Of a stretch of 32,952 nt of DNA, positions 1 to 9,234 are shown in pieces. Numbering within the stretch: position 1 is the stretch's first letter; each line of letters begins with the position of its first letter. Source of the stretch: Gammaproteobacteria bacterium (GTDB taxonomy: Bacteria > Pseudomonadota > Gammaproteobacteria > Pseudomonadales > JAUIKI01); assembly GCA_030430875.1 (NCBI GenBank), contig JAUIKI010000001.1, positions 1 through 32,952 of the forward strand. Direction: 5' to 3'. Under the pieces are notes generated by a model. That model made no database searches. It saw nothing but the letters and a program-made list of their open reading frames with translations, and was not told the origin of the DNA. The translations under genes were made by a program, and so were the position numbers.

Positions 1-1287
1 GAAGCACAGGCGTTGCGCCAGCAGCAAATTGAATTTCTGCCATAGAGAGAAAAGAGCGACGCACTCCATCCCATAAGTAATCTGTCATGGGGTAATCTAA
101 AACTGGGGAGCCGTCACTGCGAAGCTCGACAGTCCCACCTTGACTTTGTTCATGAAAGCCGTCGCGAAGCAATCCAATAATCGCGTGGATATATGGAAAT
201 TTCTTCATATTCTCGGTTAATGTTTTTCCATGATAGCCAAGTGATGCTGCACTGAGTGCTGGGTGTAGTGGTGGAACTTCGAGTTTATAACCTGCTGGTC
301 CAGTGACGCCTTGCTTCCATTGAAATTCGTCACTATAAATTGATTGAGGTGCACCGTAATAGCCTTCAACTTTTTCAGGCATCACCGCAAACGCAAGATT
401 GACTGGATGTAGAAATGTACGTTTACCAATTTGTTTATGAGGATCAGGTATTTTTGATCGCAGAAGTATGCCAGGATTGTTGATGGCACCGCCTGCAAGA
501 ATAAAGTGATTTGCTTTGATGGTGAGTCGAGCAGTTGCTGGGCTGCCTGCTTGATTCATTGGTGAGCATACTAAGTGGCTAACATTTTTTTCATCAAAGC
601 TTAGTGTATCAACTCGGGCATGATGAATTAATGTTGCGCCATTAGCTAATGCAGTTGGTATGGTTGTGACCAGCATGGATTGTTTTGCGTTAGTTGGGCA
701 TCCCATTCCACAGTAACCTAAATTCCAACAGCCTTTGACATTGCGAGGAATTACTTGCCAATCATAACCTAGTTTTTCACATCCTTGCTGTAAAACATCA
801 TTATTTTTGTTTGGTGTTACTTGCCACTTTTCAATATTTAGGCGTTGCTCACGTTCACTAAACCACGGTGCCATTTCTTCATCTGAAAACCCTTTGAGCT
901 GGAAATTATCAGTCCAGTGATCTAATGTTTCAGCAGGAGTTCGAAAACTTGATGTCCAGTTGACTGTTGTGGAACCGCCGACACTACGCCCTTGTAATAT
1001 CGAAATGGCATTATCTTTTGTCGCACGAGCGGAGGCTTCTTGATAAAGTGATCCGTAAGCTGTGAGCTCGTCCATGTTGAAGTCACTTGATGTTTTCAAT
1101 GGGCCTTCTTCTAGCATGATAACCTTAATGCCACGGCTGGAAAGAATTTCCGCAGCTGTGCCTCCACCTGCGCCTGTCCCGACAATCACCACATCAGCTT
1201 CATAGGTTGTTGGTGTATTCAGTGCAGATGCATCAATGATCTTCCAACCTTGTTGAATGCCATCAGAATAAATATTATTAATTGCCA
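1..1287 (-). CDS. GMC-family FAD-dependent oxidoreductase (dehydrogenase flavoprotein subunit); 3' end lies beyond the window
   Basis: It is absent from the ORF track because there is no stop inside the window. My minus-strand translation from the ATG at 1287 reads MAINNIYSDGIQQGWKIIDASALNTPTTYEADVVIVGTGAGGGTAAEILSSRGIKVIMLEEG. This contains a GxGxxG FAD fold, and ...AISILQGRSVGGSTTVNW... follows later, which is typical of GMC enzymes. The frame is open for all 429 codons to base 1 and starts 8 nt after the Tat-signal subunit gene. Confidence 0.8.
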
Positions 1288-1294
1288 TAGTATA

Positions 1295-1879
1295 TTACGT
1301 GATTTTAGGTGGGCCAGCATAGCCAATAGAGGCCCAGTTTTCTGAACTACCATACCAGATGGATGGAATGAGTTGAGCCAAGGCGTTATATGCAAGATTC
1401 AGTTGTCCAATCCGGCTGTTGCGCCAGTTAAATAAAAACTGATCAATTCTTTCTGGAGGAGTTTTCTCCCATCGTGACCAAATGCCTGCCGCAAGTATGC
1501 GAGTAATTGGCATACTGAGTAAATCAAATAGCTGCATAATTTGTTGTCGATTCGCTGGTGAAAAATTATTCAGAGCTGTTTCAAGATTATGAATAAGTAT
1601 ATCGATAGATTGGACCTGTTTCGCTTTCGAAACAGGGAGTGCCCCAGCTAGAATTACTGGAATTAACGCTTGTAATATAATGACGTCCATGGGACGAAAT
1701 AAGCTGAAGTTATTGGTTGCATCAGGCTGTTGTTTGACTTGGTTTAGGTATTGAATGGTAGCTGTTGAAGCAACTGCAGCCGTTGTTCCCCAAAAACTGT
1801 ATTTTAAAAAGCGTCTGCGTGAAACAAGCTTACGGTTGAGTGACGTTTTTCCGGGTCTTATCACGTTTTTTTTGTTCAT
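1295..1879 (-). CDS. Tat-signal small subunit of a GMC-type dehydrogenase (gluconate 2-dehydrogenase subunit 3-like family)
   Basis: The 194-aa ORF has a twin-arginine motif, SRRRFLKYSFWGTTAAVASTA, near the N-terminus. It sits immediately upstream of and is co-oriented with the GMC flavoprotein gene, which is the usual pairing. Confidence 0.65.
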   Translation of the reverse strand: MNKKNVIRPGKTSLNRKLVSRRRFLKYSFWGTTAAVASTATIQYLNQVKQQPDATNNFSLFRPMDVIILQALIPVILAGALPVSKAKQVQSIDILIHNLETALNNFSPANRQQIMQLFDLLSMPITRILAAGIWSRWEKTPPERIDQFLFNWRNSRIGQLNLAYNALAQLIPSIWYGSSENWASIGYAGPPKIT

Positions 1880-2128
1880 TGATGGTTGCTATGTTTATTA
1901 TTTAAGTCCGAATGTGTCTAATTCTGCCATAATTATTAAATTCGCTTCAAGCAAAGTTTTGGAGACTACATTTAAAATTGTGAGTTGAAAGAGGTAAACT
2001 ATTTGTGCAATGATTATACGTTTGTTGCATGTAAGCTTATAAATTGCGGTACAATTGCCGGCCAAAACCTCTAGAATGGTTGACAAAATTAAGATGTTTT
2101 TCCCAATAATGAGACGCTGTTACCATAC

Positions 2129-4600
2129 ATGAAAGACATATTTTTTCAAACATTTCGTCGTATTCTGTTTTTCTGGGTCAGAACCAAAGTTGCGGATGAT
2201 GCCATTCAGTCGCTGGGGTTAGATCCAGAAAAACCCATTTGTTATGTGTTGGAGCGACGGTCCCTGTCGGATTTAGCAGTCTTGGAGCAAGAATGCATTA
2301 AGGTTGATGTTCAGCGGCCTTACGCAGGGCTAGATAGGGATGGCTTATCAGAAAAGCATGCTTTTTTCTTCCTGCATGAGCCTGAAAAGATGCTTCGTTT
2401 TTCTACGCAAAAATCGAACAAAAGATATTCAGATCGACTGGTTAATCTATTGGAGCTAGTGCAATCAACTGAGCATCTTGATGTTAAGCTTGTTCCGGTT
2501 TCTATATTTTGGGGACAAGCGCCGCAAAAAGAGAATTCTATTTTAAAAGCATTGTTGTCAGATAATTGGCGTGTTACTGGCCGGTTGAGAAAATTTTTTG
2601 TTATTTTGTTCCAAGGAAGAAATGTTTTTGTTGAGTTTAATAAAGCTATTTCATTGAAACAATTACTAGATGATGGGCTTGAACTTGAGCATACAGCGAG
2701 GAAACTCAGTCGAGTTTTGAGAGTGCATTTTCGGCGTACCCGAACAGCTGTCTTGGGTCCGGATTTGTCGCATCGACGCACATTGATGAATGAACTTTTA
2801 CAAGCAGATCTGGTGCAAGCTGCAATTGAAGAGCATGCACAACAAGAGGCAGTTACAATCCAAGATGCCGAGAAAAAAGCGCGTCGTTATGCGAATGAAA
2901 TTGCTTCAGATATATCTCATGGCGTCGTACGTTTTTTTGATATTTTACTAACGTGGCTTTGGAACCGTCTTTATGCTGGAATTGAAGTTAATTATATTGA
3001 TCGAGTAAAAGCTGTTGCAAAAGAGTATGAAATTGTTTATGTGCCATGTCATCGCAGTCATATGGATTATCTCTTAATGGGGTATGTTTTATATTATAAC
3101 GGCTTGAGTCTTCCTCATATTGCAGCGGGAAAAAATTTAAATATGCCTATTGTTGGATCACTTTTACGGCGTGGTGGTGCTTTTTTTATGCGTCGTAGTT
3201 TCAGCGATGATGCACTTTACAAAGTAGTATTTAACGAATATTTACACTTAGTATTCAGCAAAGGTCATTCAATTGAATATTACATTGAAGGAGGACGTAG
3301 TCGAACGGGTCGATTATTGAATCCGCGAACAGGTATGTTGATGATGACGTTGCAGAGTTTTCTACGCGACCCAAAAAGACCCATTGCTTTTGTGCCAGTA
3401 CATTTGGGATATGAGAAAGTTTTTGAAGGTAGAACTTATTTAAATGAATTAAAAGGAAAAACGAAAAAGAAAGAATCAATTACTGGTATCTTTCAAGCGA
3501 TGCGTAGATTAAAAATTTCTCTTGGAAAAGTTCGAGTGAATTTTGCTGAGCCTATATTGCTTGATCAGTTTTTACAGCAGCATCAAGCCGATTGGCCTGC
3601 TTTGCGACAAGATATGGTTGCTAATCCTGCTGAAAACCAACATCCAGAATGGGTTGCTGCGTTAAGCAAACAATTGGCAATAGAAATTGTTAAACGAATT
3701 AATCAGTCAGCTGCGATGACGCCAATATCTTTAGTGGCTTTAGTGTTGCTATCGATGCCCAAACAATCCATGGATGAAAGGGCTCTGATTCATCGCTTAG
3801 ATGAGTTGGTAGGATTATTTCGAGCAATACCTTATCATTCAGATGTGACATTGCCAGAGGGGAATGGTCGTGAATGGTTAGATTATGTAGAAACAAAAAT
3901 GAAAGTTGTTGTTCGTCAAGAGCATGAATTGGGTGATATCATTTGCCTTGAAGGCACAAATGCAGTGTTAATGACGTATTACCGCAATACTATTTTGCAT
4001 CTTTTCGCACTGCCGGCGCTACTTGCTTGTTTTTTTCTGCAAAATCGTTCGGTGTCTAGACAAAAAATTGTTGCGACCAGTGCTTCAATTTATCCTTATC
4101 TTCAAGCAGAGCTATTTTTGCCTTGGACAATTGAAGAAGCAACTGCTTTGTTTGAACAATGGCTGGATTGTTTTGTTGAAAAAAATCTTTTGTGCTATGA
4201 AGATGGTAAGCTGCGACGCGCCCCGACAAATTCTGTCGAATTCTCACTGATTTTAGTATTGGGTCAAACAGTTATTCAAACCTTAGAGCGTTATTACATC
4301 ACGTTGTCATTAATTCAGAACAGTGACAATGGTAAAATTAAAGCAGAAGATTTAGAAAACCAATGTCATATGATGGCCCAGCGCATGTCAATGCTCCACG
4401 GATTCAATGCGCCAGAATTTTTTGATAAATCGTTATTTAAAAATTTTATTTTAATGCTGAAGAAAACCCAGGTGTTACAAGAAAATTCACAGGGTTATTT
4501 GGTCTACGCGGATGAGTTAGCTGAAATGGTTAAAAGCGCAAAACTGATTTTGCGCTCTGAAGTTCGGCAAAGTATCAAGCAAGTAACCAGTTTGCGCTAA
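2129..4600 (+). CDS. plsB: Glycerol-3-phosphate acyltransferase
   Basis: The 823-aa ORF is the typical PlsB size. It carries the acyltransferase H(X)4D motif VPCHRSHMDYLL, followed by FFMRRSF and YYIEGGRSRTGRLL blocks. Confidence 0.9.
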   Translation: MKDIFFQTFRRILFFWVRTKVADDAIQSLGLDPEKPICYVLERRSLSDLAVLEQECIKVDVQRPYAGLDRDGLSEKHAFFFLHEPEKMLRFSTQKSNKRYSDRLVNLLELVQSTEHLDVKLVPVSIFWGQAPQKENSILKALLSDNWRVTGRLRKFFVILFQGRNVFVEFNKAISLKQLLDDGLELEHTARKLSRVLRVHFRRTRTAVLGPDLSHRRTLMNELLQADLVQAAIEEHAQQEAVTIQDAEKKARRYANEIASDISHGVVRFFDILLTWLWNRLYAGIEVNYIDRVKAVAKEYEIVYVPCHRSHMDYLLMGYVLYYNGLSLPHIAAGKNLNMPIVGSLLRRGGAFFMRRSFSDDALYKVVFNEYLHLVFSKGHSIEYYIEGGRSRTGRLLNPRTGMLMMTLQSFLRDPKRPIAFVPVHLGYEKVFEGRTYLNELKGKTKKKESITGIFQAMRRLKISLGKVRVNFAEPILLDQFLQQHQADWPALRQDMVANPAENQHPEWVAALSKQLAIEIVKRINQSAAMTPISLVALVLLSMPKQSMDERALIHRLDELVGLFRAIPYHSDVTLPEGNGREWLDYVETKMKVVVRQEHELGDIICLEGTNAVLMTYYRNTILHLFALPALLACFFLQNRSVSRQKIVATSASIYPYLQAELFLPWTIEEATALFEQWLDCFVEKNLLCYEDGKLRRAPTNSVEFSLILVLGQTVIQTLERYYITLSLIQNSDNGKIKAEDLENQCHMMAQRMSMLHGFNAPEFFDKSLFKNFILMLKKTQVLQENSQGYLVYADELAEMVKSAKLILRSEVRQSIKQVTSLR

Positions 4601-4606
4601 GTCTCT

Positions 4607-5734
4607 TTATTTAATTTCGAGTGTAATCTCATCAGTTAAGAACTTATGTATATTCTCAAAAAAATAGACATAAAATGGAGCCATTTCTACATGCTTAAGT
4701 TGTGCATGATATTGATACGATTTTTCACCAAGTGTATCAACACAGCCATTGAATAATAAAACCTGTCTATCATGGATTTCGGTTTGATGAAAAATGCCAT
4801 ATCTATTCTTGTTAAATGGCGGTTTGTGGAAGAGTGTGAACCCATTTTTTGATGATGAGATCACCTTTATTTCATCGGTAAGGATATGCATGAAAGGCGA
4901 TATTGTATTTTGACCAAAAATTTCTTCTGCAAGCACAGTAGTTTGAGGGTTTGTCGGTAGCTTTTTAGCGCCATTCATAACAGCAGCTATTTTTTTCTGA
5001 TCAGTGGTGAGTGAAAATAAGCATTCCTCTTGATAGGTTTCAAAGTGATAGGTTTTGTTATCGTCTAAGTCATCAATAATTGCTTTCAGCTGATTAGTCG
5101 CCGAGAAAAGAACTTTTCTTTCGACATTAGACAGAGATTCCCAGTAATCATCCCAAGTAGGGGAGCTTGATGTTTTATCAGCCAGTAAATTTTTTGCCAT
5201 GCGAATTTTTTTGAGATTATGTTTGATCCGTTCAGTTTGATTGCTTTTAATGTCTTTATTAAAAGATTCCTCAGAGATATAAATTAAAAAACTTGTTTGT
5301 TCAGGTAAATATTTGAAATATATGGTATTTGTTTCTCTGAAACTATCTTCAAAAATCACACTATGGTCATCAAAGTAGACGATGTCATAGTCTGTAAGTT
5401 GGCTTTTAAGTCCTTCGATGGCGATTGCAGTGGGATCATCCGTTTGAATGAGTAAGATTTGTGACAGATTTCCATAAGGATGAATATGATTTTCTAGCTC
5501 GATGTTGAATAAAATATTGGGGTTGCCATAAAGTTCTAGTTTATCTAATTGATAGAAAAACATTCTGTCATCATAAGAAGCTTCATAGTGAAATGGCAAA
5601 TATAGTTCAAGATTAGTAACTGTGACCGGGTATGAAACCGTTGGTTTCGCAAAAAATGCGTCAAGCTCAGCTGGATCAAGTTTGACAGTATCAACTGGTT
5701 CATTGTTCACACGCATTTCAATGTTGTTCAGCAA
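4607..5734 (-). CDS. Hypothetical protein with no family I recognise; an orphan inserted between plsB and rsmJ
   Basis: This is a 375-aa uninterrupted ORF. The track start at 5734 is TTG, and an ATG (MRVNNEP...) lies at 5716. There is no signal peptide or TM segment. It is convergent with plsB, with only 6 bp between the two stop codons. Confidence 0.6.
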   Translation of the reverse strand: MLNNIEMRVNNEPVDTVKLDPAELDAFFAKPTVSYPVTVTNLELYLPFHYEASYDDRMFFYQLDKLELYGNPNILFNIELENHIHPYGNLSQILLIQTDDPTAIAIEGLKSQLTDYDIVYFDDHSVIFEDSFRETNTIYFKYLPEQTSFLIYISEESFNKDIKSNQTERIKHNLKKIRMAKNLLADKTSSSPTWDDYWESLSNVERKVLFSATNQLKAIIDDLDDNKTYHFETYQEECLFSLTTDQKKIAAVMNGAKKLPTNPQTTVLAEEIFGQNTISPFMHILTDEIKVISSSKNGFTLFHKPPFNKNRYGIFHQTEIHDRQVLLFNGCVDTLGEKSYQYHAQLKHVEMAPFYVYFFENIHKFLTDEITLEIK

Positions 5735-5992
5735 TTCATTTGTTGGTGTTGTCGATTGTAAACGTTAGCTTATTTTTATGCATAGTGGCTTCTTTTGGAT
5801 AGATTTAAGGAATATGGTGACGTTAGCATTTAAATATGCAGAAAATATTATGCAAGCTATGAATGTTTGAGACATGATGGCAAATAAATTGAGGTTTTTG
5901 CACTAAAACAACAGTGATAAAAAATTAGGTAACATTTTTTTGATGAAGATAAATTTAGGTTCAAATGTCTTGAAAATCTCATACTCTGCTAG

Positions 5993-6055
5993 ATATTCCT
6001 GATAGTTGAGCAATATTCCTGAATTCCAGCAAAATATTCCTGAGTATTCTATTTG
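5993..6055 (+). promoter_or_regulatory. Three phased direct repeats of ATATTCCTGA plus a TATTCTATTTG box (putative transcription-factor operator array)
   Basis: The copies lie at 5993-6002, 6013-6022 and 6034-6043, spaced 20 and 21 bp apart, and the spacers are unrelated. The box is at 6045-6055. The same architecture occurs at 28160-28200. Confidence 0.5.
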
Positions 6056-6059
6056 GCTA

Positions 6060-6170
6060 TCATAGTAATTCGACGTATAGTAATGTCATCGAGGATGTGG
6101 CGACAATGTTGATAAAATCTTTGAGCAGTTCTCTCCCTTAGCCGTGCACTTAGGTGTGCGGCTTTTTATA
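6060..6170 (+). ncRNA. Candidate small RNA (orphan transcription unit; TSS not determinable from sequence)
   Basis: The + strand carries a strong intrinsic terminator at 6140-6168. No + strand ORF precedes it; the longest is a 9-codon ATG frame at 6083. Both flanking genes are on the minus strand. The repeat array and AT-rich -10-like hexamers (TATCAT at 6058, TAGTAAT at 6063) lie just upstream. Confidence 0.35.
6140..6168 (+). terminator. Rho-independent terminator, oriented on the + strand
   Basis: The stem is AGCCGTGCAC / GTGTGCGGCT, 10 bp including two G-U pairs, with a TTAG loop. It is followed by TTTTTATATTTT. The minus-strand reading lacks a U-tract. Confidence 0.7.
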
Positions 6171-6269
6171 TTTTCCCATTTGTGACATGTCATTTAACGA
6201 TCAGTTAACTACCAGTTTTCTGAGAAAATCTATTTGCTGTGTATCAATAGTTATCTCAAAAGTCTCTTG

Positions 6270-7028
6270 TTATGAATATGGCAGATAAATATCAAATCGT
6301 GTTGTTTTACCATAGAGCTGAAAATTAGGTTTTTCATCAATTGCGAGCGGTGCTTTTTTCGGGCGTTTTATTACTACACGTTTTTTCGCGATGCTTCTTC
6401 CTGATTGAATCAGTGATTGAATGGCTTGATCGGCTCCTAAAAAATGTTTCAGGTACTGCATGTCTTTGTTTACAAGCGCCGATTTTTTGGTATCAGGAAA
6501 CATGGGGTCAATGTAGACGACATCAGGGCAGTTGTGTGCTTCTAAGAGGGTTGGCAGATAATCGGTAGAATCAGCATGAACCAATGTCATCCGACTGATG
6601 ATTGGTTCAAATTCAGGATTGGCAGATGCTCGTGTGAATGCATCGTCAAGAAGCGCAAATATGACTGATGAGCGTTCAATTAAGGTAACCTTGCAGCCAA
6701 GACTTGCAAGAATAAAGCTATCTTTGCCAAACCCTGCAGTGGTATCGAGGATGTTTGGTTTGTCTGAGGACCTAATGCCTATGGCTTTTGCCAAGGACTG
6801 GTTTAAACCACCGCCATGCAAGCGGCGATACTGAAGTTGCTTATCACTAAAGTCAATGATCAGCTTACTACCATCAGGTTGTTGCAGAGCCAGTCCTTCT
6901 GTATCGAGACTTAGCCAGAAATCTTGGCGTGGCGTGCCGGTTTTTTGTGATAGGCAGCTGAACTCAAAACGATCTGCTAATCGGTTTGCTTCCTCCAAAA
7001 AATGATCGGATGCTGGAATAATTTGCAC
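6270..7028 (-). CDS. rsmJ: 16S rRNA (guanine1516-N2)-methyltransferase
   Basis: The 252-aa ORF has blocks I recall from E. coli RsmJ/YhiQ: LDTTAGFGKDSFILASLGCKVTLIERS, VVYIDPMFP..KKSALVNKDM and KRVVIKRPKKAP. Confidence 0.85.
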   Translation of the reverse strand: MQIIPASDHFLEEANRLADRFEFSCLSQKTGTPRQDFWLSLDTEGLALQQPDGSKLIIDFSDKQLQYRRLHGGGLNQSLAKAIGIRSSDKPNILDTTAGFGKDSFILASLGCKVTLIERSSVIFALLDDAFTRASANPEFEPIISRMTLVHADSTDYLPTLLEAHNCPDVVYIDPMFPDTKKSALVNKDMQYLKHFLGADQAIQSLIQSGRSIAKKRVVIKRPKKAPLAIDEKPNFQLYGKTTRFDIYLPYS

Positions 7029-7048
7029 TGTTGGTGAAATCTAACCCA

Positions 7049-8386
7049 TTAGAGAATATATCGACTTAAATCTTCATCCTCTGCTAGTTCTCCTAATTGC
7101 TGATCAACATAGTCTGCAGTGATTTCGAAAGGTTCCCCTGCTTGTTTCGCGACCAAGTCGGTAGCATCGTAAGAAATTTCTTCTAGTAGACGTTCCATTA
7201 CCGTATGTAGTCGTCTTGCACCAATATTTTCAGTGGTTTCATTCACCTGCCAAGCAATTTCAGCAACACGTTTGATGGCATCCTCAGTAAATGAAAGCGT
7301 TAAATCTTCTGTTGCAATTAATGCTTGATATTGTTTGGTAAGTGACGCGTTTGGCTCCGTTAAAATGCGCTCAAAATCTTCAGGTGAGAGTGCTGTTAAC
7401 TCCACACGAATGGGTAGTCGCCCTTGCAGTTCAGGAATTAAGTCGGATGGTTTGGCAAGATGGAAGGCACCCGATGCGATAAACAGAATATGATCTGTTT
7501 TAATCATGCCATATTTAGTGTTGACAGTAGAGCCTTCAATTAATGGGAGTAAATCGCGTTGTACCCCTTCTCGGGAAACATCAGCACCTGCGTATTCAGA
7601 GCGCTTGGCAACTTTATCAATTTCGTCGATAAATACAATGCCATTTTGTTCGACAGATTGAATGGCTTCACTGCGTAATTCTTCTTCGTTAACAAGTTTG
7701 GCTGCTTCTTCATCAGTCAGTCGTTTTAAGGCTTCTTTAATGTTCATTTTGCGTTGTTTGCGTCGACCAGTGTTCATGTTTGAAAACAAGTTTTGTAATT
7801 GACTGGTCATTTCCTCCATGCCTGGAGGGGCCATAATTTCGATACCAGCGGGATTGTCAGCGATATCTATCTCAATTTCTTTATCATCCAAATCACCTTC
7901 ACGCAATTTTTTTCGAAACAGTTGTCGAGTGGCGCTTTCTTTTTGGGTGTCATCATCAGTGTGTTCCCTTGCTTGAGGCAGTAGCTCATCAAGAATACGT
8001 TCTTCTGCAGCATCTTTTGCATGATGCAGCATTTTTTGCATCTTATCTTCACGTAGCATTTTAATAGCGTAGTCAATTAAGTCGCGAATGATTGATTCAA
8101 CATCGCGACCCACATAACCAACTTCAGTAAATTTAGTGGCTTCTATTTTAATAAAAGGCGCATTGGCGAGCTTAGCTAATCGACGAGCAATTTCTGTTTT
8201 TCCAACGCCCGTTGGTCCAATCATTAAAATATTTTTAGGTGTCACCTCATTCCCTAATGTTTCATCAATTTGCATGCGGCGCCAACGGTTTCGTAATGCA
8301 ATCGCAACCGCACGTTTTGCTGCTGTTTGGCCAATAATATATTTATCCAATTCATGGACGATCTCACGAGGGGTCATATTTGACAT
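7049..8386 (-). CDS. hslU: ATP-dependent protease ATPase subunit HslU
   Basis: The 445-aa ORF begins [32 protein letters not shown]. It has the Walker A motif [15 protein letters not shown] and the C-terminal DLSRYIL. Confidence 0.95.
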   Translation of the reverse strand: MSNMTPREIVHELDKYIIGQTAAKRAVAIALRNRWRRMQIDETLGNEVTPKNILMIGPTGVGKTEIARRLAKLANAPFIKIEATKFTEVGYVGRDVESIIRDLIDYAIKMLREDKMQKMLHHAKDAAEERILDELLPQAREHTDDDTQKESATRQLFRKKLREGDLDDKEIEIDIADNPAGIEIMAPPGMEEMTSQLQNLFSNMNTGRRKQRKMNIKEALKRLTDEEAAKLVNEEELRSEAIQSVEQNGIVFIDEIDKVAKRSEYAGADVSREGVQRDLLPLIEGSTVNTKYGMIKTDHILFIASGAFHLAKPSDLIPELQGRLPIRVELTALSPEDFERILTEPNASLTKQYQALIATEDLTLSFTEDAIKRVAEIAWQVNETTENIGARRLHTVMERLLEEISYDATDLVAKQAGEPFEITADYVDQQLGELAEDEDLSRYIL

Positions 8387-8402
8387 AATTAGTCAGTCAC
8401 TC

Positions 8403-8948
8403 TTAGTAAGTTAATGTTTCGATGGTGTGATTTTGATTCGTGTAGATGCAGATATTGCCTGCAATGCCTAAGGATTTCTCCACAATAGATTTTGCATCTA
8501 ATTCGGTGTTTTCGATCAGAGCACGAGCAGCTGATTGAGCATAAGCGCCACCTGATCCAATAGCAATTAAGTTGTCTTCTGGTTCCACAACATCACCATT
8601 ACCAGTGATAATCAGAGAATTAACCTTGTCAGCCACTGCAAGTAGCGCTTCAAGACGTCGCAACATGCGATCAGTTCGCCAATCTTTAGCAAGTTCGACC
8701 GCAGCACGCAGTAAATTACCCTGGTGTTTTTCAAGTTGGGCCTCAAAGCGTTCAAATAGCGTGAACGCATCTGCTGTGCCGCCTGCAAATCCTGCTAAAA
8801 TTTTGTTTTGATAAAGTCGTCGGACTTTTTTGGCATTAGATTTCATGACGATGTGACCGAGTGTGACTTGTCCGTCACCGCCGATAACGACGGTATTATT
8901 GCGTCTGACTGAGACGATGGTAGTACCATCAAATTGGGGTAGGCTCAT
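8403..8948 (-). CDS. hslV: ATP-dependent protease subunit HslV
   Basis: The track ORF (to 9050) is over-extended. Homology starts at [18 protein letters not shown]..., with the ATG at 8948. The GDGQVTLG and [10 protein letters not shown] blocks are present. Eight residues precede the catalytic Thr. Confidence 0.93.
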   Translation of the reverse strand: MSLPQFDGTTIVSVRRNNTVVIGGDGQVTLGHIVMKSNAKKVRRLYQNKILAGFAGGTADAFTLFERFEAQLEKHQGNLLRAAVELAKDWRTDRMLRRLEALLAVADKVNSLIITGNGDVVEPEDNLIAIGSGGAYAQSAARALIENTELDAKSIVEKSLGIAGNICIYTNQNHTIETLTY

Positions 8949-9234
8949 AGTGATTTCATATTGAGTTAGATTGATGAATAGTATGTAATGAGATTCCTGT
9001 AGCAAAGTTATAACGATAAAAAATGGTTGAAAAGTGCCGGTCTTGTGCATTAGGTTGGCTATTTTTTCTGATTTTTTCTTTCACTGTCCTTTACTGCAAA
9101 TGTCTCAGTTTGATTACATTAGCTTTCAAGAAGTTCTGCATTTTATCGCTTATTTTTGCGGAAATTTTGATTTTTAAGTCAAAATTCACTAGAAATGGCG
9201 TAAATGGAAAATTATCAAGCTGATAAGCTGAAAG

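Noticed and set aside
2320-2781. Many track ORFs of 60-150 aa lie antisense to or out of frame within strong genes. Examples are 2320..2781, 3255..3479, 6341..6568, 8136..8414, 12136..12528, 13340..13588, 16140..16502, 18617..19036, 20458..20697, 23939..24226, 27510..27743, 29982..30245 and 32401..32775.
   Set aside because: Each is fully embedded in a longer ORF that has clear family motifs. Their translations are low-complexity or Cys/Ser/Leu-rich mirror frames with no recognisable motif or RBS.
5993-6170. A type III toxin-antitoxin (ToxI-like) repeat RNA followed by a terminator.
   Set aside because: Only the 10-mer cores are conserved and the inter-repeat segments are unrelated. There are only three units. 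No same-strand toxin gene follows the terminator, because the next gene, rsmJ, is on the opposite strand.
6183-6192. A perfect 10-bp palindrome, TGACATGTCA, just after the sRNA terminator.
   Set aside because: It is short, present as a single copy, and matches no operator consensus I can name; it is only a half-match to a CRP site. I note it but cannot support it as a feature.
8949-9050. A 34-residue N-terminal extension of hslV in the track ORF ([11 protein letters not shown]...).
   Set aside because: Homology to HslV begins at the ATG at 8948. The extension is just an open frame in the leader.
9023-9223. A 66-aa + strand ORF in the hslV leader.
   Set aside because: The peptide is hydrophobic and low-complexity, has no RBS, and lies antisense to the hslVU leader. 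It is most likely spurious.
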